Assembly (NCBI GenBank): GCA_035063885.1
Contig: JAPSFM010000002.1
Coordinates: 56,727 to 120,726 of the forward strand
Origin: Bryobacterales bacterium
Lineage (GTDB): Bacteria > Acidobacteriota > Terriglobia > Bryobacterales > Bryobacteraceae
DNA: 64,000 nt
Direction of reading: 5' to 3'
Position numbers and translations under genes: made by a program. Below the pieces are notes generated by a model, which had not been told where the DNA came from, did no database searches, and worked only from the letters and a program-made list of their open reading frames with translations. Each line of letters begins with the position of its first letter. The stretch's first letter is position 1. Positions 47,842 through 58,140 of this stretch are shown here, piece by piece.

Positions 47842-49584
47842 CTAATCGACCACGTATTTCCCGGCATCGAGCAGCCTGGAAGCGATGCGCCGCCGTAGCT
47901 CGATCGTGTTGACGAGTTCGACCTCGGCAAAGCGGTGGAGCACTCCGGCTGTGGCTCGAAGAGGCTCTCCTTCGAGACACGCCGCCAGTATGCCGCGCGC
48001 GGTGTTCTCCATTTGCGCCATGCCGTCCTGAACGAATACGCGGGCCATCTCACCGGCGGACTTCATCCTGGCCGCCCTCAGCGTTACGGATTCCATCGCG
48101 TAGGCCCCCATCGCGAGACCCGACAGCCCCGCCAGCACTTCCTGTTCCTGATCCAGCGTGTCTTTAAAGCGGCGGTAAGCCACCCCCAGGCACAGCAGGA
48201 AAATCTTTTTCGATCGTGCGACGGGGTCCGGTTCACCCGGGATCTTGCCCGCGCCGATCTCGCTCTCCAACTTCTTCACTGCTTCGACAAGCTCGAGTTG
48301 CCCGCGCCGCGAGCGCTTCAATAGAATACCGGCGGCGAGGAGCCTGTTAATCTCGTTCGTGCCTTCGAAGATCCGGTTGATTCTGGAATCGCGGTAGGCG
48401 CGTTCCACCGCGTAGTCCTGGTGATACCCGTAACCTCCATGAATTTGCACGCCTTCATCCACTACGTAGTCCAGCATCTCGGACGCGAACACCTTCACAA
48501 ATGAACACTCCGCGGCGAACTCTTCCAAGGCTTTCATCATCGTGGCGGCGGCACCCGGCTTATCCCAGGAGAACCCGGCCAGCCGCAACTGAACGTCGCC
48601 CGTGACGCGGTAGCTGATGGCCTCGGCGGCAAATAGGCGAATAGCCATTTCAGCAAGCTTGTGCTGGATGAGCCCAAACTCGCCTATTGCTTTTCCGAAA
48701 GCGTGCCGCTCTTTTGCGTAGCGCAACGAATCACCGAGCGTTTGTTTGGCGCCGCCTACTGCAAAAGGTCCGAGTTTCAGACGCCCCAGGTTCAGAATAT
48801 TGAACGCGACAACGTGTCCGCGCCCGATTTCTCCAAGCACGTTCGAGACAGGGACCGGAACATTGTCGAAGTAGACCGCCGTGGTGGAGCTGCCTTTGAT
48901 ACCCATCTTCTTCTCTTCGGCGCCCGTACTGAGGCCGGGATAGCCGCGTTCCACCAGGAAGGCCGTAAACTGCTCACCGTCAATCTTCGCGAAGACTGTG
49001 AACAGGCCGGCAGCCCCACCGTTAGTGATCCACATCTTCTGCCCATTCAACAGGTAATGAGTGCCTTCAGCATTCAGCGTGGCGCGTGTTCGCGCGGCCA
49101 GAGCGTCGGAGCCGGCATGGGATTCGCTCAGGCAGTAGGCGCCGACCAACTCGCCGCTCACCAGTCTGGGCAGGTACGTTTGCTTCTGCTCCTCGGTGCC
49201 GAACAGCAGAATAGGGATCGTTCCAATACCGCTGTGGGCTCCGTGCCAGGCCGCGTAGGAGCCGTCTCGTGCTACTCTTTCGGCAACAATCATGGCCGAA
49301 GCCAGGTCGAGTTCCATGCCGCCATAACGGTCGGGGACCAGCACGGCAGTCAGACCAAGCTCCGCCGATTTACGCAGTACCGATACAGCGGCGCCAGGCT
49401 CCTGCCGCTGAATTGCTTCGAGATGCGGCTCCACTTCGTTGCGCCAGAACTCGTCGGTAGTGCGGGCGATGGCGCGGTGCTCCTCGCTGAAGTCTTCAGG
49501 CGTGAACACCTGGCCGGGCGCGGTAGCGTCCAACAGGAATCCACCGCCGCGCGGCATCCAGGGCGTTCCGGCAGCATTCAACAT
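47842..49584 (-). CDS. fadE: Long-type acyl-CoA dehydrogenase
   Basis: 580 aa with an ACAD N/M/C domain pattern (YCLSESHAGSDALA, GGYGYHQDYAVERAYRDSRINRIFEGTNEI). Third gene in a fadN-fadA-fadE arrangement. Confidence 0.85.
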   Translation of the reverse strand: MLNAAGTPWMPRGGGFLLDATAPGQVFTPEDFSEEHRAIARTTDEFWRNEVEPHLEAIQRQEPGAAVSVLRKSAELGLTAVLVPDRYGGMELDLASAMIVAERVARDGSYAAWHGAHSGIGTIPILLFGTEEQKQTYLPRLVSGELVGAYCLSESHAGSDALAARTRATLNAEGTHYLLNGQKMWITNGGAAGLFTVFAKIDGEQFTAFLVERGYPGLSTGAEEKKMGIKGSSTTAVYFDNVPVPVSNVLGEIGRGHVVAFNILNLGRLKLGPFAVGGAKQTLGDSLRYAKERHAFGKAIGEFGLIQHKLAEMAIRLFAAEAISYRVTGDVQLRLAGFSWDKPGAAATMMKALEEFAAECSFVKVFASEMLDYVVDEGVQIHGGYGYHQDYAVERAYRDSRINRIFEGTNEINRLLAAGILLKRSRRGQLELVEAVKKLESEIGAGKIPGEPDPVARSKKIFLLCLGVAYRRFKDTLDQEQEVLAGLSGLAMGAYAMESVTLRAARMKSAGEMARVFVQDGMAQMENTARGILAACLEGEPLRATAGVLHRFAEVELVNTIELRRRIASRLLDAGKYVVD

Positions 49585-49590
49585 GGACCG

Positions 49591-50766
49591 CTAGCTCCTC
49601 TCGAAGATACCGGCGGCGCCCTGCCCGCCGCCCACGCACATCGTCACCATGCCATAGCGCGAGCGCCGGCGGTTCATCTCTCGCAGAATAGTTGCCGTCA
49701 ACTTCGCCCCAGTACACCCTAACGGATGGCCCAGCGCAATCGCACCGCCGTTCAAATTCACCTTGTCCGGATCAAGACCGGCCTGTCGAATTACCGCGAG
49801 CGCCTGTACCGCGAACGCTTCGTTCAATTCGACAACGCCGACGTCGGCGAGCTTCAAGCCACCCAGCGCCAACGCTTTCGGTATGGCGACAACCGGCCCG
49901 ATGCCCATAATCTCCGGAGGAACCCCCGCCGTCGCGAAGCTCACAAATCTCGCCTTAGGCTTCAGCCCCAGGGCACGGGCCCGGGTTCCTGACATTACGA
50001 CCGCCATAGCAGCACCGTCGCTGGTCTGTGACGCGTTGCCGGCCGTGATGGTGCCTTTCGCGTGGAACACCGGTTTCAACTTCGCCAGCGCTTCGAGCGA
50101 CGTATCCGCACGAGGACCTTCGTCTTTGGAGAACGTAAATTTCCGTGTGTGCCGCTGCCCGTTATCGGCGGACGTCTCCTCTACTTCGACGGGCACAATC
50201 TCGTCGTCGAAGTGCCCTCCGGCTTGCGCCTTTAAAGCGAGTTGATGGCTGCGCAGAGCGAACAAATCCTGCTCCTCGCGCGTGATGCCGTAGCGACGCT
50301 GCAACTGCTCGCCGGTGAGCCCCATGCCCATGTAAATCTCCGGACGATGATCCACCACCCAGGGATTCGGAGCCAGTTTATTTCCCGTCATGGGCAACAT
50401 GCTCATTGACTCGCTTCCTCCCGCGAGAATGATGCTAGCCGAACGAGACCGGATGCAATCAGCGGCCATAGCGATGGATTGCAGCCCGGAAGAACAGAAG
50501 CGGTTGATCGTCACACCGGGGACGATGTCCGGCAGGCCGGCACGCAACAGAGCGATACGCGCCATGTTCATGCCGGACTCGGCTTCGGGCATCGCGCAGC
50601 CGAGAATGACGTCGTCCACTTCTTCGGGCGGAATCTCGGGATACTTCTCGAGCAGCGCCTTGATGACGTACGCCGCCAAGTCGTCCGGACGGGTGTTTTT
50701 CAAGGCGCCGCGGCCCGCTCTCGCCACGGGTGTCCGAAGACAATCGATGATGACTACCTCTTCCAT
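49591..50766 (-). CDS. fadA: Acetyl-CoA C-acyltransferase (3-ketoacyl-CoA thiolase)
   Basis: Active-site Cys context NRFCSSGLQSI and C-terminal NLNGGAIALGHPLGCTGA. Confidence 0.92.
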   Translation of the reverse strand: MEEVVIIDCLRTPVARAGRGALKNTRPDDLAAYVIKALLEKYPEIPPEEVDDVILGCAMPEAESGMNMARIALLRAGLPDIVPGVTINRFCSSGLQSIAMAADCIRSRSASIILAGGSESMSMLPMTGNKLAPNPWVVDHRPEIYMGMGLTGEQLQRRYGITREEQDLFALRSHQLALKAQAGGHFDDEIVPVEVEETSADNGQRHTRKFTFSKDEGPRADTSLEALAKLKPVFHAKGTITAGNASQTSDGAAMAVVMSGTRARALGLKPKARFVSFATAGVPPEIMGIGPVVAIPKALALGGLKLADVGVVELNEAFAVQALAVIRQAGLDPDKVNLNGGAIALGHPLGCTGAKLTATILREMNRRRSRYGMVTMCVGGGQGAAGIFERS

Positions 50767-50782
50767 GCCTAAACGCCTCTTT

Positions 50783-53110
50783 CTAATTTCGCAGCGGCTT
50801 TCCAGTTTTCAGCATGTGCCGGATTCGTTCCTGCGTCTTTGGATGACCGCAGAGGCTTAGAAAAGCCTCCCGCTCAAGATCGAGCAGATATTGTTCCGTT
50901 ACCTTTGGCTGTCCGCTGAGGCGGCCGCCGCTGAGGACATGCGCCAGTTTGTCCGCAATCAACAGGTCATGGGCGCTGAGGAAACCACCTTCGTGCGCGG
51001 TCCACGCTCCCAGTTTCATCGCCGCATACCCAGCTTCGCCGGAGACAGCGATTTCCGTAGCGGGTAAAGGTGGTGAATAACTTCGGGCTAACGCAATTGC
51101 CGCCGTTTTGGCATCCGCCAGCAGTCTTTCGGGGTTCATCGTGATCGCATCACCGTCACGCAGCAAACCAAGCCGCCGGGCATCGGCGGCGCTGCCCGAC
51201 ACCTTCGCAAAGCCAATGAGCTCAAATGCCGCTTTCCAGTCTTTGCGCCGCAGCAGCATCTCCTTCGTTCCACCGGCCGCTGGAATCAGGCCCACCCCCA
51301 CTTCCACCAGGCCCATGTACAGTTCGGCCGATGCCTGCACACGCGCGGCGTGAAGAACCACTTCACATCCGCCGCCCAGAGCGCGTCCGAACGGCGCCGC
51401 GACGACGGGCTTCGCCGCGTACTTCAAGGACATGAACGCCTGTTGAAAACGCTGGACAGCCTGGTCAATGGTATCCCACTTGCCGGCCTCCACGGCAGCC
51501 AGCATGATATTCAGATCTGCGCCCGCACTGAAGATCTCACCCTCGTTCGCAATCACCAGCGCTTCAAAGCCGCGCTCCGCTTCCTCCAGCCCTTCGAGCA
51601 GCATGGCGAGGGTCTCTTCGCCAAGCGTATTCATCTTGCTGTGAAATTCGACACACAGCACACCGTCGTCCAGGTCCACCAGCGACGCGGCTGTATTGCT
51701 CTTGATGACTCCCCGCGCGCGCTTCAGACCGGAGAGCATCAGGATACCGGACCTCTCTTCCAGTTCTACATAGCCGCCGGCACCAAAATCGAAATACTCC
51801 GTGTGTGGCCTGCGATCGGCATCGGCCTGCCTGTAAAACGATGATGCGCCGGAGGAGAGCATCCGCGTTATGGTTTCCGGCAGTGAGCGGCCCTCGCGCT
51901 CCATGCGCCGGGCGGTCTGTTCAAAACCGAGTGCATCCCACAGCTCGAAAGGCCCCAATTTGTGCGCATAGCCCCACCGCATCGCCCGGTCGATCTCGAC
52001 GACGCGATCCGCAATTTCAGGGATTCGCTCCGCCGAATAGAGCAGTACGTCGCTGAAGAGGCTCCACAGGAACGAGCCCGCACGATCGTCCGCCGCCGCC
52101 AGCATTCGTAGCCGTTCCGGCAGGCTCGCGATGTGGCGCGCTTTCTCCACGGTCTCAAAACTCGGTTTAGCAGCCGGATGGTATTCAAGCGTTCGCCAGT
52201 CGAGCGCATGGATGTCGCGCTCCTTGCCGGCTCGCTTGTAAAAACCCTGTCCCGCTTTATCTCCCAGCCAGCCGCGCTCCATCATCCGCGTCACAAAATC
52301 CGGCGGCAGGAACCGCTCTCTCCAGCGGTCTTCAGGAATCGCATCGTATAAATTGCGTGCGACAAGAACCCAGATGTCGAGCCCGATGATATCGACAAGC
52401 CTCAGACTGGCGCTGTTCGGAAGGCCGATCAGCGGCCCCGTGAGCGCATCGGCCTCCTCAACTGTATAGCCGCCATCGATCATTGTCTTGTAGACCGTCG
52501 CACCGAAGAGGCTTCCGATGCGGTTGGCGATGAAATTTGGCGTATCCTTACACAGCACTACGCCTTTGCCCAGCCGCTTATCGCAGAAGCCGGAGACATA
52601 GGCAACGATCTCCGGGTCCGTGTTCGCACCGGGAATCACTTCCACCAGGTGCAGGTATCGCGGTGGGTTGAAGAAGTGCGTCCCCAGAAAATTCCTCCGG
52701 AACGAATCCGGAAAGCCCTCCGAGATCCGCGCCAGCGGCAACCCGCTGGTGTTCGTCGACAGAATTGCATCGGGATGCCGCGCCTGTTCCACGCGGAACC
52801 AGATCGCGCGCTTGATATCGAGATTTTCCGTAACCGCCTCGATCACCCAATCGCAATTGCCGAGCCGCGAAAAATCATCTTCGAAATTGCCCGGTGTGAC
52901 CAGCCGCGCCGCGGCGTCCGTAAAAAATCCGCCCGGCTTTTGCTTCAGAGCGGCGTCAATCCCTCTCATCGCCGCGAAATTGCGGTTCCCCTGTCCGGGA
53001 AGGACCATGTCCAGTAGCAGTGCCTCGACACCGGCGTTTGCGAAATGCGCTGCAATTCGGGAGCCCATGGTCCCTGCTCCCAATACAGCGACACGCCTGA
53101 CAGTTCTCAT
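50783..53110 (-). CDS. fadN: Bifunctional 3-hydroxyacyl-CoA dehydrogenase (N-terminal) / enoyl-CoA hydratase (C-terminal)
   Basis: 775 aa with NAD motif VAVLGAGTMGSRIA at the N-terminus and a crotonase block LVIANEGEIFSAGADLN in the C-terminal half. This is the same domain order as Bacillus FadN. Confidence 0.88.
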   Translation of the reverse strand: MRTVRRVAVLGAGTMGSRIAAHFANAGVEALLLDMVLPGQGNRNFAAMRGIDAALKQKPGGFFTDAAARLVTPGNFEDDFSRLGNCDWVIEAVTENLDIKRAIWFRVEQARHPDAILSTNTSGLPLARISEGFPDSFRRNFLGTHFFNPPRYLHLVEVIPGANTDPEIVAYVSGFCDKRLGKGVVLCKDTPNFIANRIGSLFGATVYKTMIDGGYTVEEADALTGPLIGLPNSASLRLVDIIGLDIWVLVARNLYDAIPEDRWRERFLPPDFVTRMMERGWLGDKAGQGFYKRAGKERDIHALDWRTLEYHPAAKPSFETVEKARHIASLPERLRMLAAADDRAGSFLWSLFSDVLLYSAERIPEIADRVVEIDRAMRWGYAHKLGPFELWDALGFEQTARRMEREGRSLPETITRMLSSGASSFYRQADADRRPHTEYFDFGAGGYVELEERSGILMLSGLKRARGVIKSNTAASLVDLDDGVLCVEFHSKMNTLGEETLAMLLEGLEEAERGFEALVIANEGEIFSAGADLNIMLAAVEAGKWDTIDQAVQRFQQAFMSLKYAAKPVVAAPFGRALGGGCEVVLHAARVQASAELYMGLVEVGVGLIPAAGGTKEMLLRRKDWKAAFELIGFAKVSGSAADARRLGLLRDGDAITMNPERLLADAKTAAIALARSYSPPLPATEIAVSGEAGYAAMKLGAWTAHEGGFLSAHDLLIADKLAHVLSGGRLSGQPKVTEQYLLDLEREAFLSLCGHPKTQERIRHMLKTGKPLRN

Positions 53111-53146
53111 GAAGTTGTGCGCTTCCCCTCGGCAGGAGTTTAGCAG

Positions 53147-54418
53147 TTACGGCGTTTCGACTGCCAGCGGATAGGTGAGCGTGCCTTGGAGCCAGGCGGC
53201 GTTCCCGCGAACGTCCTCCAGGAGCCGCGCAGTCAACTCGTCGCGTTCGAGAAACAGCCGGTAACCTTCGGCCGGACGCAGATAGCCCCTGGCTTCGGGA
53301 TGCTTTTCGAAGAGACGCTCTTCCCCCATCTCTTCCGCGAGACGAACGTAATGGTCGCGCTTGTCGAGCAGCGCTCTTACCAGAAACGGCATGACGGTGG
53401 AATAATCCGCCTGCATACTCTCGGTCGTCTTTGTGTAGTGTTCCTTATCCACCTTGCCCCAGGTGACGGCTTCCGAGGGCGGACAGGAAGAGAGCGAACC
53501 GTCCGTGACCGGCGCGGAGACGATTTGCGCATCGAACAGGTAGCCACGTACCTCGGGGATGCCGAGCACCTGCCCGAGTGCGGGTTCCGGCTGAAGGTTG
53601 TAGTTCTTCGGCACGCCGCCGCCGAGAATCAACGTGCCGAGAGCGTGTACCGGGTTGTCAAACAGCCCCCAGCGATGATACGCGCATGCTTCGAACACTT
53701 CGGCGTGAAGGTCGATCTCAAACCGGTGCTTCTCTCCTATGCCGGCTTTCTCCATGGCCCAGAGCTTCATCGAGTTCAGAAAAATGCTGCCATCCGCTGG
53801 AGCCCCGACAAAGATGGGGATCGCCATCCGATGACAGGTGGCGAGCAGGCCGCCCGGCGCTCCATTGCGCTGTTCCTGTGTCGCATACAGCGCGCCGAGA
53901 AGATAGCGCATCTCGGTGCCGGTCATCTTTTTCTGAAACTCAGGGCGCATCAAGCAGGCGGTGAGAAAGCGATCCTGGTGAAGAAGGACATCTTCGGCAA
54001 ACGCCATATCTGTAACGCGGATCACGCCTTCTTCCAGCAGCTTCGCATCGTCGCCATAGATCGGGACTTCGTGGATGGGGCCTTCGGTGAACTCGTCCAG
54101 GCTGCGATGCCCGTCGTGATAACAGACCGCATCCGTGGTGCTGACATAGGCGATCCAACCGGTCTCAATCAGTGGAATCAGCCATGCCAGATGCTGGCCC
54201 GACACGGTCACCGGTCCCGAAAAAGATAACGTCAGGGGACAGCCCATGCCAATCGCACGGTCAAGGATGGAATAAATGCGGCGCAGGAACGCCCCGCCGA
54301 AGGCCGGCAGCGAATAAAGAAAGATTTCCTCGAGGCTCCGGCACTCATCCACACGCCGGACTACAACTCTTGTACGTTCCTCGAGACTGCACGACGTGCG
54401 GTTGGATTGTGCTTCCAC
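53147..54418 (-). CDS. Deoxyhypusine synthase-like family protein
   Basis: 423 aa. LTLSFSGPVTVSGQHLAWLIPLIETGWIAYVSTTDAVCYHDGH resembles the DHS-family block (SGAMTPAG...LI..G.ID.IVTTGAN..HD). Ends 36 nt upstream of fadN. Confidence 0.6.
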   Translation of the reverse strand: MEAQSNRTSCSLEERTRVVVRRVDECRSLEEIFLYSLPAFGGAFLRRIYSILDRAIGMGCPLTLSFSGPVTVSGQHLAWLIPLIETGWIAYVSTTDAVCYHDGHRSLDEFTEGPIHEVPIYGDDAKLLEEGVIRVTDMAFAEDVLLHQDRFLTACLMRPEFQKKMTGTEMRYLLGALYATQEQRNGAPGGLLATCHRMAIPIFVGAPADGSIFLNSMKLWAMEKAGIGEKHRFEIDLHAEVFEACAYHRWGLFDNPVHALGTLILGGGVPKNYNLQPEPALGQVLGIPEVRGYLFDAQIVSAPVTDGSLSSCPPSEAVTWGKVDKEHYTKTTESMQADYSTVMPFLVRALLDKRDHYVRLAEEMGEERLFEKHPEARGYLRPAEGYRLFLERDELTARLLEDVRGNAAWLQGTLTYPLAVETP

Positions 54419-54521
54419 GAGGCCATTCTAGCAAGCGGCGCCGGGGGCACAATCCGTGTGCATCCCTGTCCAAACAAATCGCCGCACAAACATTTTAAGA
54501 CGTCGTGTTTAAGGTCCGGCT

Positions 54522-57500
54522 TCAGTCTCCCGAAACGTGTTGCGTGGGCCGCTGTTGGGCCGTGGAAGCCGCCAGCGCTCCCACGGTGACGTGGATCGTA
54601 GGCATGTGGCCCTGTTCGATGGAGTCCCGAATCTTCTCTTCCGAATGGAGATTCTCGAGCTTCTCCCTCAGCATCTGCCGCCGCAGCCGCGCCTCGAACT
54701 CCGCCAATTGGGCTTCGATGCTGTTCCGCTTCTTCTTGGCCGCGATCATATCTTCCCGGTAGCGCTTGAGGAAGTATCCGATGGTCTCGACCCTGATCTT
54801 GATAGATCCTGTCGGCTTGTTCTCGTCGATATCCTTGAAGCAGAAATACGGCGTGCCGGAATGCTCGACAATTTCTTCGACCACCGTATAGATCGGTGCA
54901 TCGTGGCCGCATTTGAAGCTCGAAAGCTCCAGCGCGATCAGGTTCGGATGTCGCGCCACGTACTTCGCAGCCCAGATCTTGCGGCTCGTGTTCTCGCTAT
55001 AGGAGTTCTTCCAGACATCGGTAATCGCCATCGGATCGGGGATTTCTCCGGAAAGAACTTCGTCGCCGAACAGCCGCCAGACAATATCGTCGTCGATGGG
55101 CAGTGCATCTTGCGGGAATACGGGATAGCCGATTTTCTGGAATTCCTCCAGAATCTCGTGGTTGACGCCCGGGTCGTTGTGATAGGGCCGTCCCAACAGC
55201 ACGATCCCGAGGCCATCTTCCCGCTCCAGTCGCTCGAGCACTTCGCGGGCGCCTCCGCGCAAGGTGACGTTGTTGAAGTAATCCAGAGCCTTGTAGCCCT
55301 CCCGCACTGCGCGAGCATTCTCCTCCGGTGAGACACCCAACACTTCATGGAATGCTTCGTACATCTGCCGCTCGAAAATATCCGGCTGCGAGATGTTCAC
55401 AAAGGTATCCAGGAACCGGACGTTCTTTTCTTTGAATAGATCGCCTTCCTTGGTAAACGCGGCCTTCACCGCTGCCGGAGTCGTGGCTACAGTGGGGCAG
55501 GAGCGCGTTCCCTGAACGTGTGACAGGTCGGTGGTGAGGCAATCGATCATCGGAAAGAAGATCAGGTCGAGCGGTTTTTTCGCGTGGTGCACCTGCAGCA
55601 GATTATGCACATGCGGAATGCCCAGCTTCGACGGGAAACACGGATCGATAGAACCCCGCTTGGCGCCTTCCTTATATAGCGCTTCGCTTGTGTAATCAGA
55701 GAAGATCATGTGCTCGGCCTTAACGCCAAGCGAGGCAAAATAGCCCGTGAATACCGGCGCCTGCGAGTACATGTTCAGCACCCGCGGCATACCAATGCGG
55801 ATCTCCGACCGCCGCTTCATCAACTCCGCACGCTTCTTCTGCGATGCCGTGAACTGAAGTTTCGGCAGCGGGTCCGCTACCAGCGGAACGTCCTGGACGC
55901 GGAACACCGCCTTGGCGGCGATTTCCACAAAGTTCGGATTCGCCTTCTTCAGACTGTCGAGATTGCCTTTGATGGAGCGCATCTCGTTAATGTCTTCCAC
56001 CGTGCCCTTTTCGCAGGTCGCGATGATAAGCCGTTGGGCCCCTTCCGCGATTGGAACCTTCGATTTTTCGGGACGGTAGGCGTTTTCGCTAAGTACGCTG
56101 GTCTTGACGTCGATGAACGTGCGCAGGCACTTGTTCTTGCAGAAGTAACAACGCGTGGCTTCCGATCTTGCCGTGGTGAAGGTAATCTCCCCGACGGCAT
56201 CCAAACCGATAAAGGTGCTCTTGCGGCCGTTGTCCCATAGACGGCCGGCTTCAAGCGCCGCCCCGATAGCCCCGGCTTCTCCGCAGTGCTCATGCACAAT
56301 GACTTCGGCGGGATGGTCCTTGCCCTTGAACCGGGATTCGATGAAATCAACCTGCGCTTTCACCGCGGCCAAATTGTATTGCGTGCCGCCCTGCAACAGA
56401 AACTTGGTACCGATGGCGGACAGATTCGGAATCTGTGAAACGTACAGCCAGATATTTTTCGGCAGCACGTTGCAAAGTCCGGCCATGATCTCTTCCGGCT
56501 TCCATCCCTGGCGCTGAAAATCCACGATGTCGGACTGCATGAACACCGCGCAGCCATAGCCGAACATGGGGAACCCTTTCGCCCCGAAAGCGGTGTCGGC
56601 AAACTGTTCCACCGGGATGCCGAATCCTTGCGAAGTGGATTGCAGGAAGTATCCATTCCCGGCCGAGCACTGGGTGTTCAGCTTGAAATCCTTCACCCGG
56701 CCGTTCTTCAGGATGATGATCTTGATGTCCTGCCCGCCGACGTCGCAAATTACGTCGACGTTGTTGTAGAAATGAAGGCCCGCCTGAGTGTGGGCTACCG
56801 TCTCCACCACTGCGGCATCCGCGCCAATAACATCTTTCAAAATGTCCTTCGCGTACCCGGTCGTGCCAACGCCAAGGACATTGAGTTTAGCGCCCTGCTC
56901 CGTAACCTGGTGCTGGAGTTTGGAGAAAATCTCCATCGTGTCCTCGATGGGATTCCCCTTGGAAAGCTGGTATGCCTTGGCCAGGATGCGCCGTTCGCTG
57001 TCCTTCGAAAGCAGGACCGCCTTCGTGGACGTGGAACCGCCATCGATGCCAATGAATCCTTCCACTACCTGGTTTAGCCGGAAAGTAGCCGGAACGAACT
57101 TTTTGTGGCTGTACTTGGCCTTGAACGCCGCCAGTTCATCCGCGCTCTTGGCCAGACCGCCATTGCCACCCTTCTTACGCTTCTCTTCCTCCCTGCCGAC
57201 TTCGATGTACCACTGAAGCTTTTCCCAACCTGTGTACCGGCCAACAGTCTCGCTTTCGGTTTTTCCGAATTCGACGGCGCCGATAGCAGCGAAGTACTGA
57301 GCGTTATCGGGAGTCTTGATCAGTGTCTCGGGATCGGCGCCTTCAGGCAGCGGAAACGCACGTTCTTCCCAGATTTTCGGGATATTGTGCTTCCAGCAGT
57401 CACGCATGCCGGTGATGTAGCAGTTCGGCCCGCCGAGCAGAAGCACTTCCGGCCGCAGCGTGTTGCCTCGCGTCAGCACGGAGAGGTTTTGCATCACGAT

Positions 57501-58109
57501 GGCTTCAAACAGCGACGCCATTAGCTCATCCGGCGGAACACCGGATTTCTGCAAGCCGTTGATATCGGTCTCCGCGAACACGCCGCACTTGCCGGCCACG
57601 GGATGGAGCTTCAATCCCTTGTAGCCCATCTTGCAGAGATCTTCCGGGGGAATTCTCAGCTTCGCGTTGATCTTATCGATGACCGCCCCGGTTCCTCCCG
57701 CGCACTTGTCGTTCATCGAAGGAATCTTCTTTTTACGGCCGGTTTCGGGGTCTTCCTTGAAGATGATGATCTTGGCGTCCTGCCCACCCAATTCGATAAC
57801 GGAGCCACAGGCGGGATACAACTTCTCCACCGCTAAGGAAACGGCGTTCACTTCCTGAACAAACTTCGCGCCGATGTACTTCGACAGCCCGTTGCCCCCG
57901 GAACCTGTGATGAAGATGCGGGAGTTCTGAACGCTGAAACCGTCCAATTCCTGTTCGAAACGCGTCAGGAACTCGATAACCTTTTCCGGCTGTTTCGTAT
58001 CGTGACGCTGGTAATCCTGCCAGACAATCTGGTCGGTTGCGGCGTCCACCACCACGGCTTTCACCGTGGTGGAGCCCACGTCCATGCCTATGAGAAAAGT
58101 TCTTTCCAT
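54522..58109 (-). CDS. Double BcrAD/BadFG-type ATPase (CoA-substrate-specific enzyme activase-like) fused to a DUF2229/HAD-like C-terminal region
   Basis: 1195 aa with two ASKHA phosphate-1 motifs (GMDVGSTTVKAVVV; GIDGGSTSTKAVLL). Has two cluster-bridging Cys motifs (DKCAGGTGAVIDK; TQCSAGNGYFLQS) and a C-terminal Cys motif RCYFCKNKC. Confidence 0.8.
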   Translation of the reverse strand: MERTFLIGMDVGSTTVKAVVVDAATDQIVWQDYQRHDTKQPEKVIEFLTRFEQELDGFSVQNSRIFITGSGGNGLSKYIGAKFVQEVNAVSLAVEKLYPACGSVIELGGQDAKIIIFKEDPETGRKKKIPSMNDKCAGGTGAVIDKINAKLRIPPEDLCKMGYKGLKLHPVAGKCGVFAETDINGLQKSGVPPDELMASLFEAIVMQNLSVLTRGNTLRPEVLLLGGPNCYITGMRDCWKHNIPKIWEERAFPLPEGADPETLIKTPDNAQYFAAIGAVEFGKTESETVGRYTGWEKLQWYIEVGREEEKRKKGGNGGLAKSADELAAFKAKYSHKKFVPATFRLNQVVEGFIGIDGGSTSTKAVLLSKDSERRILAKAYQLSKGNPIEDTMEIFSKLQHQVTEQGAKLNVLGVGTTGYAKDILKDVIGADAAVVETVAHTQAGLHFYNNVDVICDVGGQDIKIIILKNGRVKDFKLNTQCSAGNGYFLQSTSQGFGIPVEQFADTAFGAKGFPMFGYGCAVFMQSDIVDFQRQGWKPEEIMAGLCNVLPKNIWLYVSQIPNLSAIGTKFLLQGGTQYNLAAVKAQVDFIESRFKGKDHPAEVIVHEHCGEAGAIGAALEAGRLWDNGRKSTFIGLDAVGEITFTTARSEATRCYFCKNKCLRTFIDVKTSVLSENAYRPEKSKVPIAEGAQRLIIATCEKGTVEDINEMRSIKGNLDSLKKANPNFVEIAAKAVFRVQDVPLVADPLPKLQFTASQKKRAELMKRRSEIRIGMPRVLNMYSQAPVFTGYFASLGVKAEHMIFSDYTSEALYKEGAKRGSIDPCFPSKLGIPHVHNLLQVHHAKKPLDLIFFPMIDCLTTDLSHVQGTRSCPTVATTPAAVKAAFTKEGDLFKEKNVRFLDTFVNISQPDIFERQMYEAFHEVLGVSPEENARAVREGYKALDYFNNVTLRGGAREVLERLEREDGLGIVLLGRPYHNDPGVNHEILEEFQKIGYPVFPQDALPIDDDIVWRLFGDEVLSGEIPDPMAITDVWKNSYSENTSRKIWAAKYVARHPNLIALELSSFKCGHDAPIYTVVEEIVEHSGTPYFCFKDIDENKPTGSIKIRVETIGYFLKRYREDMIAAKKKRNSIEAQLAEFEARLRRQMLREKLENLHSEEKIRDSIEQGHMPTIHVTVGALAASTAQQRPTQHVSGD

Positions 58110-58140
58110 GTAGTCGGCTACCTCAAATTAAACCCGGCTT

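Noticed and set aside
38692-54229. Other long antisense ORFs (38692-39837, 42813-43820, 43958-45004, 48661-49722, 53186-54229)
   Set aside because: Each is fully contained within, and antisense to, a gene with recognisable motifs (M16, beta-propeller, RlmD-like, acyl-CoA dehydrogenase, DHS-like). The Arg/Pro/Gly-rich translations are typical of open antisense frames in high-GC DNA.
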